The notes beneath the pieces are model-generated. The model was given only the letters and a program-made list of their open reading frames with translations. It was not told the DNA's origin and did not search any database. A DNA stretch of 47,068 nt from Candidatus Omnitrophota bacterium (GTDB taxonomy: Bacteria > Hinthialibacterota > Hinthialibacteria > OLB16). The position numbers and the translations under genes were made by a program. The DNA lies in assembly GCA_029261095.1 (NCBI GenBank), contig JAJDBZ010000129.1:1-47068 (forward strand), in the 5' to 3' direction. This document shows positions 27,001-35,434 of this stretch, in pieces (within the stretch, counting starts at the first letter, position 1; the number at the start of each line of letters is the position of its first letter).

Positions 27001-27833
27001 CCCTTCAGACCCAGACCGATGAACAAGGAAAAAGGGGTCATATGGACTTCTGTGTCAGCACCATCGGTGGAGAGGACCTTGCTGATCTCATAACGGAACG
27101 GACCGTCTTCAAGTTGCCCGTTGAAATCGACGACATCGAACATCCGTTCCGTGACTCCAGGGTAAACAGTGGACACTGCCGAAGTGTCGGTCCCATCGTT
27201 GATCGGCGCCCGATGGACTTGCACTGCAAGGTTCGGTCCTAGATTCTCGAATGGGTCTCCACCCCCGCCTTTTGCACCAGCCAATTTTTGCTGAGCAAGC
27301 TCTTTGTAGAGAGTGCAAAAGTCGATGACATCCGATCCCTCGCTGATAAAATCCGCGGCGAACGAGATGACCAACCCATAATCCACATCCCTTCCGATTG
27401 TGGAGGGTTGGAGGGTAAAAACCGATCCAGGGTCCAGAATTCCTCCGCACTCAATTACCACATCCCCGGGAGAGTCTCCTCCAAACAAGATGATGATGGG
27501 CACGCTCTGGAAATTTTCCACATTCTGAATGGCGAGAGTCGTTTCGGTGGAAGCATCGGATAATTGGAAGGTCGGAAGATAATGGAGCACCCCTGATACC
27601 AGGCTTTCCGGAAAGTCTAAGGGTTCACGTGGGGGTTCCCCCCCAGAAGCGCCCGGAATCTCTTCGCTGCAGACACTTTCCTGAGGCCCCCTAAACATGA
27701 ATTCCTCATCAACGAAGGTAAACGGCGCTGCTCCGCTGATCGTACCAGGGTCCTGGCTGTGTGAGGGTCCTGTTTGTAATGAAAGGATAAATGCTGCCAA
27801 TAGAATCGTCGGAATAGTAGTTAACGGCCTCAT
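23985..27833 (-). CDS. Large secreted repeat protein (1282 aa) with Thr/Glu/Pro linker and C-terminal single dockerin-like repeat
   Basis: SD GAGGAG 8 nt upstream. Signal peptide MRPLTTIPTILLAAFILSLQTGPSHSQ. At least 6 degenerate beta-sandwich-like modules. Tail ADVNRDRRVDTQDILIILEYYLETY. Confidence 0.75.
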   Translation of the reverse strand: MRPLTTIPTILLAAFILSLQTGPSHSQDPGTISGAAPFTFVDEEFMFRGPQESVCSEEIPGASGGEPPREPLDFPESLVSGVLHYLPTFQLSDASTETTLAIQNVENFQSVPIIILFGGDSPGDVVIECGGILDPGSVFTLQPSTIGRDVDYGLVISFAADFISEGSDVIDFCTLYKELAQQKLAGAKGGGGDPFENLGPNLAVQVHRAPINDGTDTSAVSTVYPGVTERMFDVVDFNGQLEDGPFRYEISKVLSTDGADTEVHMTPFSLFIGLGLKGTFGTDYRSTFEDEITGATIAGPSGSLSPGNTLDFKITDYVGESFVGNWIVDSSAPLAIVGDYSYPNGMYSSVLGVRTYEPSGFRPNNQTAWAPLIQEEGWDTEVTLNNVDNNDINTVVLEFKDSLGNNLDQREITIDPLKRRTITFSRSLLSPESRAGVLLVYGDVDFIGQIRQLKRGPGGEVLETISYNLIQEDVSADVETFVDLDTKGFSANEEGGAEVIALPFMVKADPRLGVSTEILLSNLNSIPGLTSASIYIYDNAGLRDAECFIMRPLETLLIPVDFPSLGKGAIASVVIQGTSTSQKVRRDNGDIFNTMAFAAVAIQRTTHGQEPEPDSNVELAAGGNDAAMASTGVIYPIATGGEGEALFFPMLNRGGTVHEASNSLGIQTIDGGTTVRAGIIFFASEEVVGAEISDPIGFKETFVFEDMDIPSQAQSAVAFSLDPSDTTAAERLLNLESVGQYAAFFRDYNELSEFIPSFAISGFLQRNSPSASDPENRVLSAYEAVSRIRLGRVDEVFGGWNAVVPLILTGEGFDTVVALQNAGVLATGIELIFTREESPKSEPTVKSLKQLKATQKGSPFYGNSSGGQTIHIDLIQPGNSKTIRPAEHVGKGFRGKLLIRSTQPIVATVDLESGGTLSTYNSTPDELIEGAFGSNPSFTRGSDVAYGPLTYSPSEGWETVVQVLNLNRLIDAKIRVDFYSSGGNNVHTQTGFVPPGGVAAFRRPVSAFETTDNPTNADWVQITSEDYWREGSPAVSAPNILAIIQVNKRNEGGCVLESVAYNTYMERGIFSFPGSEFAFPKELGFPSMFKAFGDLETSTEIALVNLNPNSGTSTLTNVTFDGEGFTTNLSDITLNPRESRFLRSLDLPGIPSGVRGTLSLVASTLNSFQEGGPGIAGVAVHRVYGLLPNATCEVGETETETPTLSPTATSTLSQTSTETETETETPTETPTPSETPTGTLPTATATDTPGDENDLMRADVNRDRRVDTQDILIILEYYLETY
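24087..24251 (-). repeat. Coding low-complexity Thr/Glu/Pro linker
   Basis: Encodes [55 protein letters not shown]. Confidence 0.9.
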
Positions 27834-27963
27834 GTCTGGGACTCCTCGAATTAATGATGGGTCTGATCATGATTCGAAAGGACCAAAACTTCAACAACCA
27901 TGGGTCATACTCTCAGGAGGCAAATCCAAAACTCGCGAACATGTAGCGGGTAAATCGTCTCAA

Positions 27964-27992
27964 TTGCTTCACCAATATTGCTCGTCTAACAT
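27964..27992 (+). promoter_or_regulatory. Possible sigma-70-type promoter for the PhyH gene
   Basis: TTGCTT (27964..27969), a 17-nt spacer, then TAACAT (27987..27992). Motif match only. The leader would be very short. Confidence 0.2.
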
Positions 27993-28012
27993 CCTCTTTC
28001 GGAGCGACAACG

Positions 28013-28954
28013 GTGACTACCATGAAATTCAAAGTGGTTATGGAACCCAAGATTGAACCCCACGACCCCATGCTCTATCGCGCGGACAACTTCGCCGATG
28101 GGGCGCAAGGATGGGGGAAAGTGGACATGGCCCAGATCGAGGGTTATCGAGAAAAAGGGTTTCTCCTTGTCCGCGGCGCCTTTGCCGAGGCCGAAATTGC
28201 GGGCGCCAATCACGAGCTGCAAGAGATGGAGTTGGCGGACAACCCTCGCTGCGAGAGCATCTATTTCGAAGGGATCATCCGTGATGAGCTAGCGCGCGCT
28301 GAAACCCCGAAGGGAAGGGCATCGGCAAGCCCCCGGCGTGAGGAACTGGCCATGGGAGACATCACCGAAGAGCTGCCCGACCTCCCCCCCGAAACGCGAG
28401 CCCGGTATGTCCGTAAGTTCATGGGGTTTGTCGAACACCATCCCGGGTTGGCCGCGCTCGCCGACAAGACAGAACTCCGGGAATTGGCGACCCGCCTACT
28501 CGGAGAACCGGTCCGTCTTTATCAGGACATGGCGATGATCAAACCCCCCGGCGGACGAGAAAAACCCTGGCACCAGGACCACGCCTATTTCAATCTGCCG
28601 CTAGAAACTCCAGTCCTGGGGGTTTGGATTTCACTGGGATCGGCAACGCTGGCGAATGGGTGCATGCATGTCCTCGCCGGGGCACACCGGAAGGGGCCGC
28701 GAACTCATTTCATGCGTCGCGATTGGCAGATCTGCGACACCGATTTGAAAGAGGAAGTGCAGACCGCGATCCCGATGGAACCGGGCGATGTCCTTCTCTT
28801 CGATTCCAAACTCCCTCATGGCACCCCCACCAACCACACCGACCAAAAACGCTGGGCGGTCCAGCTCCATTATATTCCCGCCTCCGCCATCGAAACCGAC
28901 GAAGCCGACCGATTGGCGACATTCGGCGCGGAGGGGAAGGATGTGACGTGTTAG
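28013..28954 (+). CDS. Phytanoyl-CoA dioxygenase (PhyH) family Fe(II)/2-oxoglutarate oxygenase
   Basis: YREKGFLLVRGAF, HxD in KPWHQDHAYF, distal His in LPHGTPTN. GTG 28013 has GGAG 8 nt upstream. ATG 28022 is the alternative start. Confidence 0.8.
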   Translation: MTTMKFKVVMEPKIEPHDPMLYRADNFADGAQGWGKVDMAQIEGYREKGFLLVRGAFAEAEIAGANHELQEMELADNPRCESIYFEGIIRDELARAETPKGRASASPRREELAMGDITEELPDLPPETRARYVRKFMGFVEHHPGLAALADKTELRELATRLLGEPVRLYQDMAMIKPPGGREKPWHQDHAYFNLPLETPVLGVWISLGSATLANGCMHVLAGAHRKGPRTHFMRRDWQICDTDLKEEVQTAIPMEPGDVLLFDSKLPHGTPTNHTDQKRWAVQLHYIPASAIETDEADRLATFGAEGKDVTC

Positions 28955-29033
28955 CGGACACATGGATTGCGAGGGATGGGATGGAAACTGCGGTTAAGGT
29001 TGAGAACGGGCTCCCCGCTTGGTTTTTATTCGA

Positions 29034-29624
29034 ATGAAGAATTCTAAGTTCTTTTTAATCACGGGTGGTTCTCTATTGCTCGCGGGTTTCATCGGACTCA
29101 TCTATTCTTTCCCGTTCTATTTGAGCGCTGGCAAAACCGAATGGAATGCATACAAAGAGAAGGAAATGGACCTTACAATCGCTGCTTTCCTAGAAGGAAA
29201 TCATCTGCTTGCCGCGTTCCATCTCCGAAGAGCAAAAGTTGCCGCCGAGCACGGAACGTCCAAGAACAACCTTCCTCAGATGAGACAGGAATATCTGGGT
29301 CTGGTAGAGAGAGTCAAAGAATCGATTCCAAGTGGTGCGGGGAAGGAATGGTTACCCGCTGATGTGAGGATAACCGATGATAAGGATGTCTTATTCGGGT
29401 TGTTCTCATTTCATCCGAACCTGTTGAACGATGAAGAGGTGAAGGTCGAAGTGAATCGAATCTTGAGTGACTTGGAGATACCAGGAACACAAGAGCATTT
29501 AAAACTCTTTAAATACATGTTCACGAGTGAAATTGAAAAGGGGATAATTCAAGAGGAAATTCTGAACCCGATCATCGAATCAATTGACCGAAAAACTCTG
29601 GATTTCAGCCAAGAACCAAAGTAA
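29034..29624 (+). CDS. Hypothetical N-terminally anchored protein
   Basis: MKNSKFFLITGGSLLLAGFIGLIYSF anchor followed by a helical soluble part. I recognise no domain. The start is ATG 29034 or TTG 29019. Confidence 0.4.
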   Translation: MKNSKFFLITGGSLLLAGFIGLIYSFPFYLSAGKTEWNAYKEKEMDLTIAAFLEGNHLLAAFHLRRAKVAAEHGTSKNNLPQMRQEYLGLVERVKESIPSGAGKEWLPADVRITDDKDVLFGLFSFHPNLLNDEEVKVEVNRILSDLEIPGTQEHLKLFKYMFTSEIEKGIIQEEILNPIIESIDRKTLDFSQEPK

Positions 29625-29670
29625 AATTACTTATCGGTCAATTCAAGGTCTGTTCCCTCACTGGTGATAG

Positions 29671-29910
29671 ATTAAGAAACAACATAGACCAATCCACTTA
29701 TCCGGATACGGCTATGATTAAATCGGGAACCGCACCTCGTTGTCGATTGAAGCGGTGGACGCCACGACGGAGATCTAAGTGGACTTGCCCTGCGAGTACG
29801 ACGCGAACGGGAACCTAACCCAGGCGACGAAACAGGAGAAAGCCTCGGGGACTTGGAATGAAAAATTGCGGTGGGAGTACGAGTGGAATCCGAGGGATCA
29901 GATGGAACGC
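29671..29910 (+). pseudogene. Decayed YD/RHS-repeat gene fragment (relic A)
   Basis: A single frame reads ...LSGYGYD*IGNRTSLSIEAVDATTEI*VDLPCEYDANGNLTQATKQEKASGTWNEKLRWEYEWNPRDQM. That is three YD-repeat units (Y.YD..GNRTS, YDANGNLT, W.YEW..RD) broken by two in-frame TAA codons (29719, 29776). Confidence 0.55.
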
Positions 29911-29933
29911 GATTTAACTTTATCCCGGTGTTG

Positions 29934-31580
29934 TCATCCCCCCCTCTCTCGCAACCGAAACTTACACGGCTGGTCAACCGGGGCGACGGGTAATTCGAAG
30001 CCAATCCAACCCTCTTCGATTTGAGACTCCACTAGGTTTTCGTCGATTTCAACGATGACAGTCCCTGGAGTTGTTGAGTCGCGGAGTTTCACTCGCAGTT
30101 CCTGTGTGACCGGTCCCACATACTCCCCCTTCATCCCGTTGTCTTGCATCCGATAAGATAACTGTCGGTCGCGCCATGATAGCGTTTGACCAAATCCCGA
30201 TTCCCAAAAGGAGTCTGGTACTGTCGGCGCCAAAGCCAAACCTCCATCGAGCCGGTGTTCGACCCCGAAAAGGAAGCGCTGAATAATCCGGATTAGATTC
30301 GCCGGGTATTCACAATATTTCTCCGCGCCGAAACCGCCTTGATCGCCATACCGCTCGCGCCAGTAATACCCATTCTCACGACCCCTATCGCACACCGGTC
30401 GAATGGCCTCGATCAGCCCTTCCCCGTCTCCCATACGCGCCCTTGCCCAGCACTCAAGGTACCAGACACGCCCCATGGCAGCGAGGTCCATCCGATCGTC
30501 GTAGGCGAACTCCCATTCTTCATACGCCTCGGGGCGCGTGGCGATCCCTGTGGGCATCCCGCCATAGCGGAACAATTTTTCATTCTTGAGTTGTGGCCAA
30601 AGTTTGGAGAGTTGTTCGTCATCCGCGAGTCCGGTAGCGATTGCACTCCAGTCCACATCGGTGAGCCCGTGCGTTGCGATGGCGCCGCGTTCCGGATGAA
30701 TGTATTCGGCGAAACGATCTCCCACCCAGAACCGATTGCGAAAATGATTCTCGATCCGCTCTGCCTCATCAAGATATTCTCTTGCCTTCTCAGAGTTGCC
30801 CGCGATCTCGTTGAGATCGGCAACCCGACGAAACGCATCCGCCGCGTAGCACTGGGCAACTCCATCGTATTCGACCCGCGTGGGTCGTTCGACATAGTAA
30901 CCCGCGCCCCCCACCGCACCCTCAGGTGTCGTTAGTGACGCAAGAAAATCCGCTGCGCGGTTGATGGATGGCAATTGGTCGTTGAGCCACTTCCGATCCT
31001 GTGTCCTCCGGAAAATCGCATCGGCGTTTTGGATATAAGTGGGGTAACCCAAGGCTCGCAACGGATCTGCCGGCACCCAGTGCTGGTAAAGGCCCCCGTT
31101 GGAATCCACCGTCGCGCGACAATCTTCGCGTCCGATCGAATCCCCGGCCATCGAGGGCAGGATGGCGAAGGGGAGCTGTCCGTTCGGGCGTTGGAATGAG
31201 CGAACGTAGTCCCAATTTGCCTTGACCACCTCGATCTCGCCCAGCCACAGAAGTGCATCGGACATCTGGTGTCCATCGAGAGCCGGATAGGTGTTCCCAT
31301 GCCCGAACCCGACACCATCCGCGCAAACCGACCAATAGCCGAAGAAAATTGCAGGGTTGACAGCCGCCAGTACATTTTGTGTGGCGGCTCTCTGGTAGGC
31401 TATGGCGATCTCTTCGTCGGGGAGGTTCACCGAAATAGAGGTTTCGGGACGGAATTCATCCGATACTCCATCCGGTGAAGCCTCATTCCGTGGAGCTTCC
31501 TCTCCGAACGCAACCGCGACGATTGCCAGGATCCATAGAAGTTTAAGATCGATTCGCGTTTCGGGGGTCTTCTTTCTCAT
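29934..31580 (-). CDS. Secreted (alpha/alpha)6-barrel glycoside-hydrolase-like protein
   Basis: Signal peptide from ATG 31580 (MRKKTPETRIDLKLLWILAIVAVAFGEEA). Helical-repeat pattern with W/Y-rich segments (ALLWLGEIEVVKANWDYVRSFQRPNGQLPF; YWRERYG...EYPANLIRIIQRFLFGVE) typical of six-hairpin glycosidases. The family is not resolved. Confidence 0.5.
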   Translation of the reverse strand: MRKKTPETRIDLKLLWILAIVAVAFGEEAPRNEASPDGVSDEFRPETSISVNLPDEEIAIAYQRAATQNVLAAVNPAIFFGYWSVCADGVGFGHGNTYPALDGHQMSDALLWLGEIEVVKANWDYVRSFQRPNGQLPFAILPSMAGDSIGREDCRATVDSNGGLYQHWVPADPLRALGYPTYIQNADAIFRRTQDRKWLNDQLPSINRAADFLASLTTPEGAVGGAGYYVERPTRVEYDGVAQCYAADAFRRVADLNEIAGNSEKAREYLDEAERIENHFRNRFWVGDRFAEYIHPERGAIATHGLTDVDWSAIATGLADDEQLSKLWPQLKNEKLFRYGGMPTGIATRPEAYEEWEFAYDDRMDLAAMGRVWYLECWARARMGDGEGLIEAIRPVCDRGRENGYYWRERYGDQGGFGAEKYCEYPANLIRIIQRFLFGVEHRLDGGLALAPTVPDSFWESGFGQTLSWRDRQLSYRMQDNGMKGEYVGPVTQELRVKLRDSTTPGTVIVEIDENLVESQIEEGWIGFELPVAPVDQPCKFRLRERGG

Positions 31581-31709
31581 GAGGATCAACGCCAGTAAAA
31601 GAATTTCATCCAAAGTCCTACTTTAGGGTGACCTTAGCCAAGCATTGTCTTTGAATCAATTCCGACCTCGCTGATCCCCCGCGTATTCCTACTTTTTCTT
31701 CGTCCGACA

Positions 31710-31790
31710 AAGATCTACGCGAAGGACGGCACGACGGAGACTTCGTTGGGATTACGAGTGGAATCCGAGGGATCGGGTGGCCACTCCAAA
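31710..31790 (+). pseudogene. Decayed YD/RHS-repeat fragment (relic B), direct repeat of relic A
   Basis: GGACGGCACGACGGAGA (31724..31740) versus GGACGCCACGACGGAGA (29757..29773). TGGGATTACGAGTGGAATCCGAGGGATCGGGTGG (31747..31780) versus TGGGAGTACGAGTGGAATCCGAGGGATCAGATGG (29872..29905). The blocks are 6 nt apart here and 98 nt apart in A, and are out of frame with each other. Confidence 0.45.
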
Positions 31791-31834
31791 AACTCCCTCT
31801 TCCCGGCACTGTCTCGATAACGTAGATTTCCAGT

Positions 31835-34036
31835 ATGGCCAAACCGAGAGTGGGCGCCGCGGGTGGGCTTGCGGCGCTTCGATATGTCCTGGGCAAGGGC
31901 ATTGAGGCGGGTGGAGTTTGGAAACTCTACCAACGCCTCAGTCTGCGGAACACCTGCAAAACCTGCGCCCTGGGAATGGGTGGGCAGAAAGGCGGGATGG
32001 TTAACGAATCCGGCCATTTCCCCGAAGTCTGCAAGAAATCGGTGCAGGCCCAGGTTGGCGATATGCAGGGCGCCATCCCCGAAGATTTCTTTCAGGCCAA
32101 CCCGATCGCATTCCTCGAATCACGCACCCCGGCGCAAATGGAAAATTTGGGAAGGCTCGCCTTCCCACTCCTCGCCGAACCGGGCGACACCCACTTCAGA
32201 CGCATCCCCTGGAAAGAGGCTTTCGATAGGACCGGCGAAGCCTTTCGCAAAGCCGACCCGAACCGCGTCTTCTATTACGCTTCCGGCCGATCCGGCAACG
32301 AAGCCGCTTACCTCTTCCAACTAGTGGCTCGCGCTTATGGCACCGCCAACATCCACAACTGTTCTTACTACTGCCACCAAGCCTCCGGAGTCGGGCTCGC
32401 ACGCATCTATGGTTCCGGAACCGCGTCCATCCTGCTGGAGGACATCGAGAAAGCGGATTTTGTCATCGTCATCGGCGCCAACCCCGCCAGCAATCACCCC
32501 CGTCTGATCACACAACTGGTGAACCTGCGAAACCGCGGGGGTAAGGTGATCGTCATCAACCCGCTTAAAGAACTCGGTCTGGTGAGGTTCCGGGTCCCCT
32601 CCGACTGGCGATCGATGCTGTTCGGGTCGGATGTTTCGGATCTCTATCTCCAACCAAAAGCCGGAACGGACATCGCTCTCCTGAAAGCCCTCCTCAAAGG
32701 AGTCCTCGAAAGAAAAGGGGAAGACCGAGATTACCTGCGCGATTACACCAGCGGTTGGGAAGAAACGATCGAGGATATCGAGAACACCTCATGGGAAGAA
32801 CTCACCGCTTTCTGCGGTGTCGATCGGGATCAGATCGACCGCGCGGTGGAACTCGTTTGCCAAGCCAAGCGCGGCATCTTCTGTTGGGCGATGGGGTTGA
32901 CCCATCATGTTCATGGGGTCGACAACATCCAGGCCCTCGCCAACCTGGCGCTTTCGCGCGGTTGGCTCGGAAGACCTGGTATGGGTCTGCTCCCCATCCG
33001 CGGACACTCGAATGTCCAGGGAGTCGGGTCGGTCGGTGTCACACCGGCGCTCAAAGAGGGGTTCGCGAAAAAACTCGAAGAGATCTATGGCATCACCGTT
33101 CCCAAAGATCCCGGAAAAGACACTTATGCTTCCATGATCGAAGCGGATGAAGGACGAATCGATGCCGCGCTCATGCTCGGTGGCAACCTCTACCTCAGCA
33201 ATCCAGATTCCACTTGGGCGGGGCAAGCTCTGCGTCAGATTCCCTTCACTGCTTACATCTCCACCAAACTGAACCCGGGGCATGTTCATGGACGGGGGCA
33301 GACCACAGTGATCCTTCCAGCGCTGGTCCGGGATGAAGAAAGCCAGTACACCACTCAGGAATCGATGTTCAACTATGTCCGTCTCTCGGAGGGGGGAGAA
33401 CCCTCCATCGAGGGCGAGATGAAATCCGAAGTGGAGATCATCTCCGAAATCGCCGATCGCATCCTTCCCGACAGTCCATTCGACTGGAAGAAACTTCGTT
33501 CGCATGAAGCCCTCCGCGAAGAGATCGCCAAAGTCGTTCCCGGGTATGAAGCCATCGAAAAGATCGGGAAGACCAAAGAAGAGTTTCAGATCAATGGACG
33601 CACCTTTCATGAACCGCAATTCAAAACCCCCGATGGAAGAGCCCGGATGGGGGTGACCCCCTTACCGAAACTTCCGGTCAAAGAGGATGAGTTTGTGCTC
33701 ATGACCATCCGGTCCGAAGGCCAATTCAACTGTGTGGTGTATGAGGAAGAAGACCTCTATCGCGGCAACACCCGACGCGATGTGGTGATGATCTCGGAGC
33801 AAGACGCGGACCGTCTCGAACTCGAGGAAGGAGAACGAGTCCTGGTCGAAACCGATGCCGGCAAACTCGCTGTCTCTGTCTCGATTGCCGACATCGCGCC
33901 TGGAACCCTCGCCATGTACTACCCCGAAGCCAACGTCATTGTGACTCGCCACACCGACCCCGGATCAAAAACCCCGGCCTATAAATCCGTGGCGGCCCGC
34001 ATCCGCAAGAGGGACGTGGCGTCGGTTACCGAATAG
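31835..34036 (+). CDS. FdhF/YdeP-family molybdopterin oxidoreductase (formate-dehydrogenase-alpha-like)
   Basis: 733 aa. N-terminal Cys cluster region NTCKTCALGMGGQKGGMVNE...VCKKS. YYASGRSGNEAAYLFQLVARAYGTANIHNCSYYCHQASGVGL...IGANPASNHPRL matches the YdeP-family core. C-terminal molybdopterin dinucleotide-binding-like domain. Confidence 0.85.
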   Translation: MAKPRVGAAGGLAALRYVLGKGIEAGGVWKLYQRLSLRNTCKTCALGMGGQKGGMVNESGHFPEVCKKSVQAQVGDMQGAIPEDFFQANPIAFLESRTPAQMENLGRLAFPLLAEPGDTHFRRIPWKEAFDRTGEAFRKADPNRVFYYASGRSGNEAAYLFQLVARAYGTANIHNCSYYCHQASGVGLARIYGSGTASILLEDIEKADFVIVIGANPASNHPRLITQLVNLRNRGGKVIVINPLKELGLVRFRVPSDWRSMLFGSDVSDLYLQPKAGTDIALLKALLKGVLERKGEDRDYLRDYTSGWEETIEDIENTSWEELTAFCGVDRDQIDRAVELVCQAKRGIFCWAMGLTHHVHGVDNIQALANLALSRGWLGRPGMGLLPIRGHSNVQGVGSVGVTPALKEGFAKKLEEIYGITVPKDPGKDTYASMIEADEGRIDAALMLGGNLYLSNPDSTWAGQALRQIPFTAYISTKLNPGHVHGRGQTTVILPALVRDEESQYTTQESMFNYVRLSEGGEPSIEGEMKSEVEIISEIADRILPDSPFDWKKLRSHEALREEIAKVVPGYEAIEKIGKTKEEFQINGRTFHEPQFKTPDGRARMGVTPLPKLPVKEDEFVLMTIRSEGQFNCVVYEEEDLYRGNTRRDVVMISEQDADRLELEEGERVLVETDAGKLAVSVSIADIAPGTLAMYYPEANVIVTRHTDPGSKTPAYKSVAARIRKRDVASVTE

Positions 34037-34074
34037 GGGTTCGCACCTTTTTAGATTTTGGATGACCCGCTCAA

Positions 34075-35232
34075 ATGTCCAGTGACAGATTTTACCTTGA
34101 TCTCGAGAGTTTCGATCGGTTCCGAGAGGTGGCGGATGTCTCGAGATATGTGGCGGTCCCTCCCGATTGGAAGGTGATCATCACCGATGTCCAGGGGTCC
34201 ACCGTGGCCATTGAAGCGGGTCGTTACAAGGATGTGAATACCATCGGCGCCGCAGCGATCGCGGTAGCCCAACACGCGATGGGTGGAGAAGAGTTTCCTT
34301 ATGTATTCGGCGGCGATGGCGCCACCATGCTCGTCTCTCCGCAAGACTACGATTCTGTTTCCAACGCTTTGGCCGGGCTGAAAAAACTATCTCGCGAACA
34401 ATTTGGTTTTCATCTTCGTGTGGGAGCAGTTGGGGTCGGCGCTCTCTTGGAAGAGGGGGCGCGGCTGGAGGTCGCGAAGTTCGAGCTCGGCCAGGGCCGA
34501 TGTGTGGCGTTCTTCCGTGGAGGCGGGCTCACACTCGCCGAATCGAAAGTAAAAGGGAATCCGGAACAGTACGAGATTCCCGAGTTGGATGTCCTGCCGA
34601 TGGAACTCAAAGGACTTTCATGCCGCTGGAACGCCATCCCCAACAAGAACGGAAGAGTCGTGTCGGTGTTGGTGATGGCGAAATCCGAGAACCCCGAAGA
34701 GACCTACAGGGAGGTTCTCGACAAGATGGAATCGATCTTCGGCGGGGATTTGGGCGCCATGAACCCGGTTAACCTCCCGGCGATGTTTTACAAAACCATT
34801 CGCGAATGTTTCCGAGATGAGAAGAGGTATCATCGTCCTCTCTTATCACCCTCTTTCTTTCATCGATTATTCGAGATCGTCGCGGCGGTGCTGGTGTTCA
34901 AGTTCAATGTCCCTCCACCCCAGTTCAGTTCGAACGATTATATGCAATCGATGAAAGTCCTTTCGGATTATCGAAAATTCGATGACATGTTGAGGATGGT
35001 GATCGATTGCTCGGACGATCAGATCGTCGAGCTTCAAAGCTTTTTGTCTCACCTCCATGTGCGGGGTGAAATCGATTATGGACTTCATGAATCGGACACC
35101 GCACTGATGACTTGTTATGTCCAAGACATCCACGATGGCGGTCACATCCATTTCATCGATGGGGGCGATGGCGGGTATGCGATGGCCGCGAAACACCTGA
35201 AAGCCCAGATGAAATCTTCTGCAGAGGCCTGA
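34075..35232 (+). CDS. DUF3095-family protein (nucleotide-cyclase-like N-terminal motifs)
   Basis: 385 aa. FYLDLESFDRFREVADVSRYVAVPPDWKVIITDVQGSTVAIEAGRYKDVNTIGAA...YVFGGDGATMLV is the pattern I associate with DUF3095. It starts 38 nt after the YdeP-like gene. Confidence 0.65.
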   Translation: MSSDRFYLDLESFDRFREVADVSRYVAVPPDWKVIITDVQGSTVAIEAGRYKDVNTIGAAAIAVAQHAMGGEEFPYVFGGDGATMLVSPQDYDSVSNALAGLKKLSREQFGFHLRVGAVGVGALLEEGARLEVAKFELGQGRCVAFFRGGGLTLAESKVKGNPEQYEIPELDVLPMELKGLSCRWNAIPNKNGRVVSVLVMAKSENPEETYREVLDKMESIFGGDLGAMNPVNLPAMFYKTIRECFRDEKRYHRPLLSPSFFHRLFEIVAAVLVFKFNVPPPQFSSNDYMQSMKVLSDYRKFDDMLRMVIDCSDDQIVELQSFLSHLHVRGEIDYGLHESDTALMTCYVQDIHDGGHIHFIDGGDGGYAMAAKHLKAQMKSSAEA

Positions 35233-35434
35233 TTGAGGTACCTTCAAATACGAAAATATTAAAAAAAATGGTTGATCTTTCCGTCTATTGAGGGCAGTAT
35301 CGAGTGTTCTTAAGTGGGATAATCGATCAACTGACACGCATTGATACAACCAAGAACTGGACTATTTTGACCCTTGCGATTCCGAAATTGTTAAACAAAT
35401 TCTTGGTTTTATGATTCTTTTGGAGGCTCCAGCA

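Noticed and set aside
29672-30024. ORFs 29779..30024 (+, 81 aa) and 29672..30004 (-, 110 aa) as real genes.
   Set aside because: The plus ORF is just the last uninterrupted piece of the stop-riddled YD-repeat relic and runs into the 3' end of the hydrolase gene. The minus ORF is its antisense frame with R/S/P-rich composition.
31790-31870. Continuation of RHS-like reading (NVDFQYGQTESGRR) from relic B into the start of the YdeP-like gene.
   Set aside because: It overlaps the well-supported YdeP start in another frame and the similarity is only a few residues. It is probably chance, so relic B is limited to 31710..31790.
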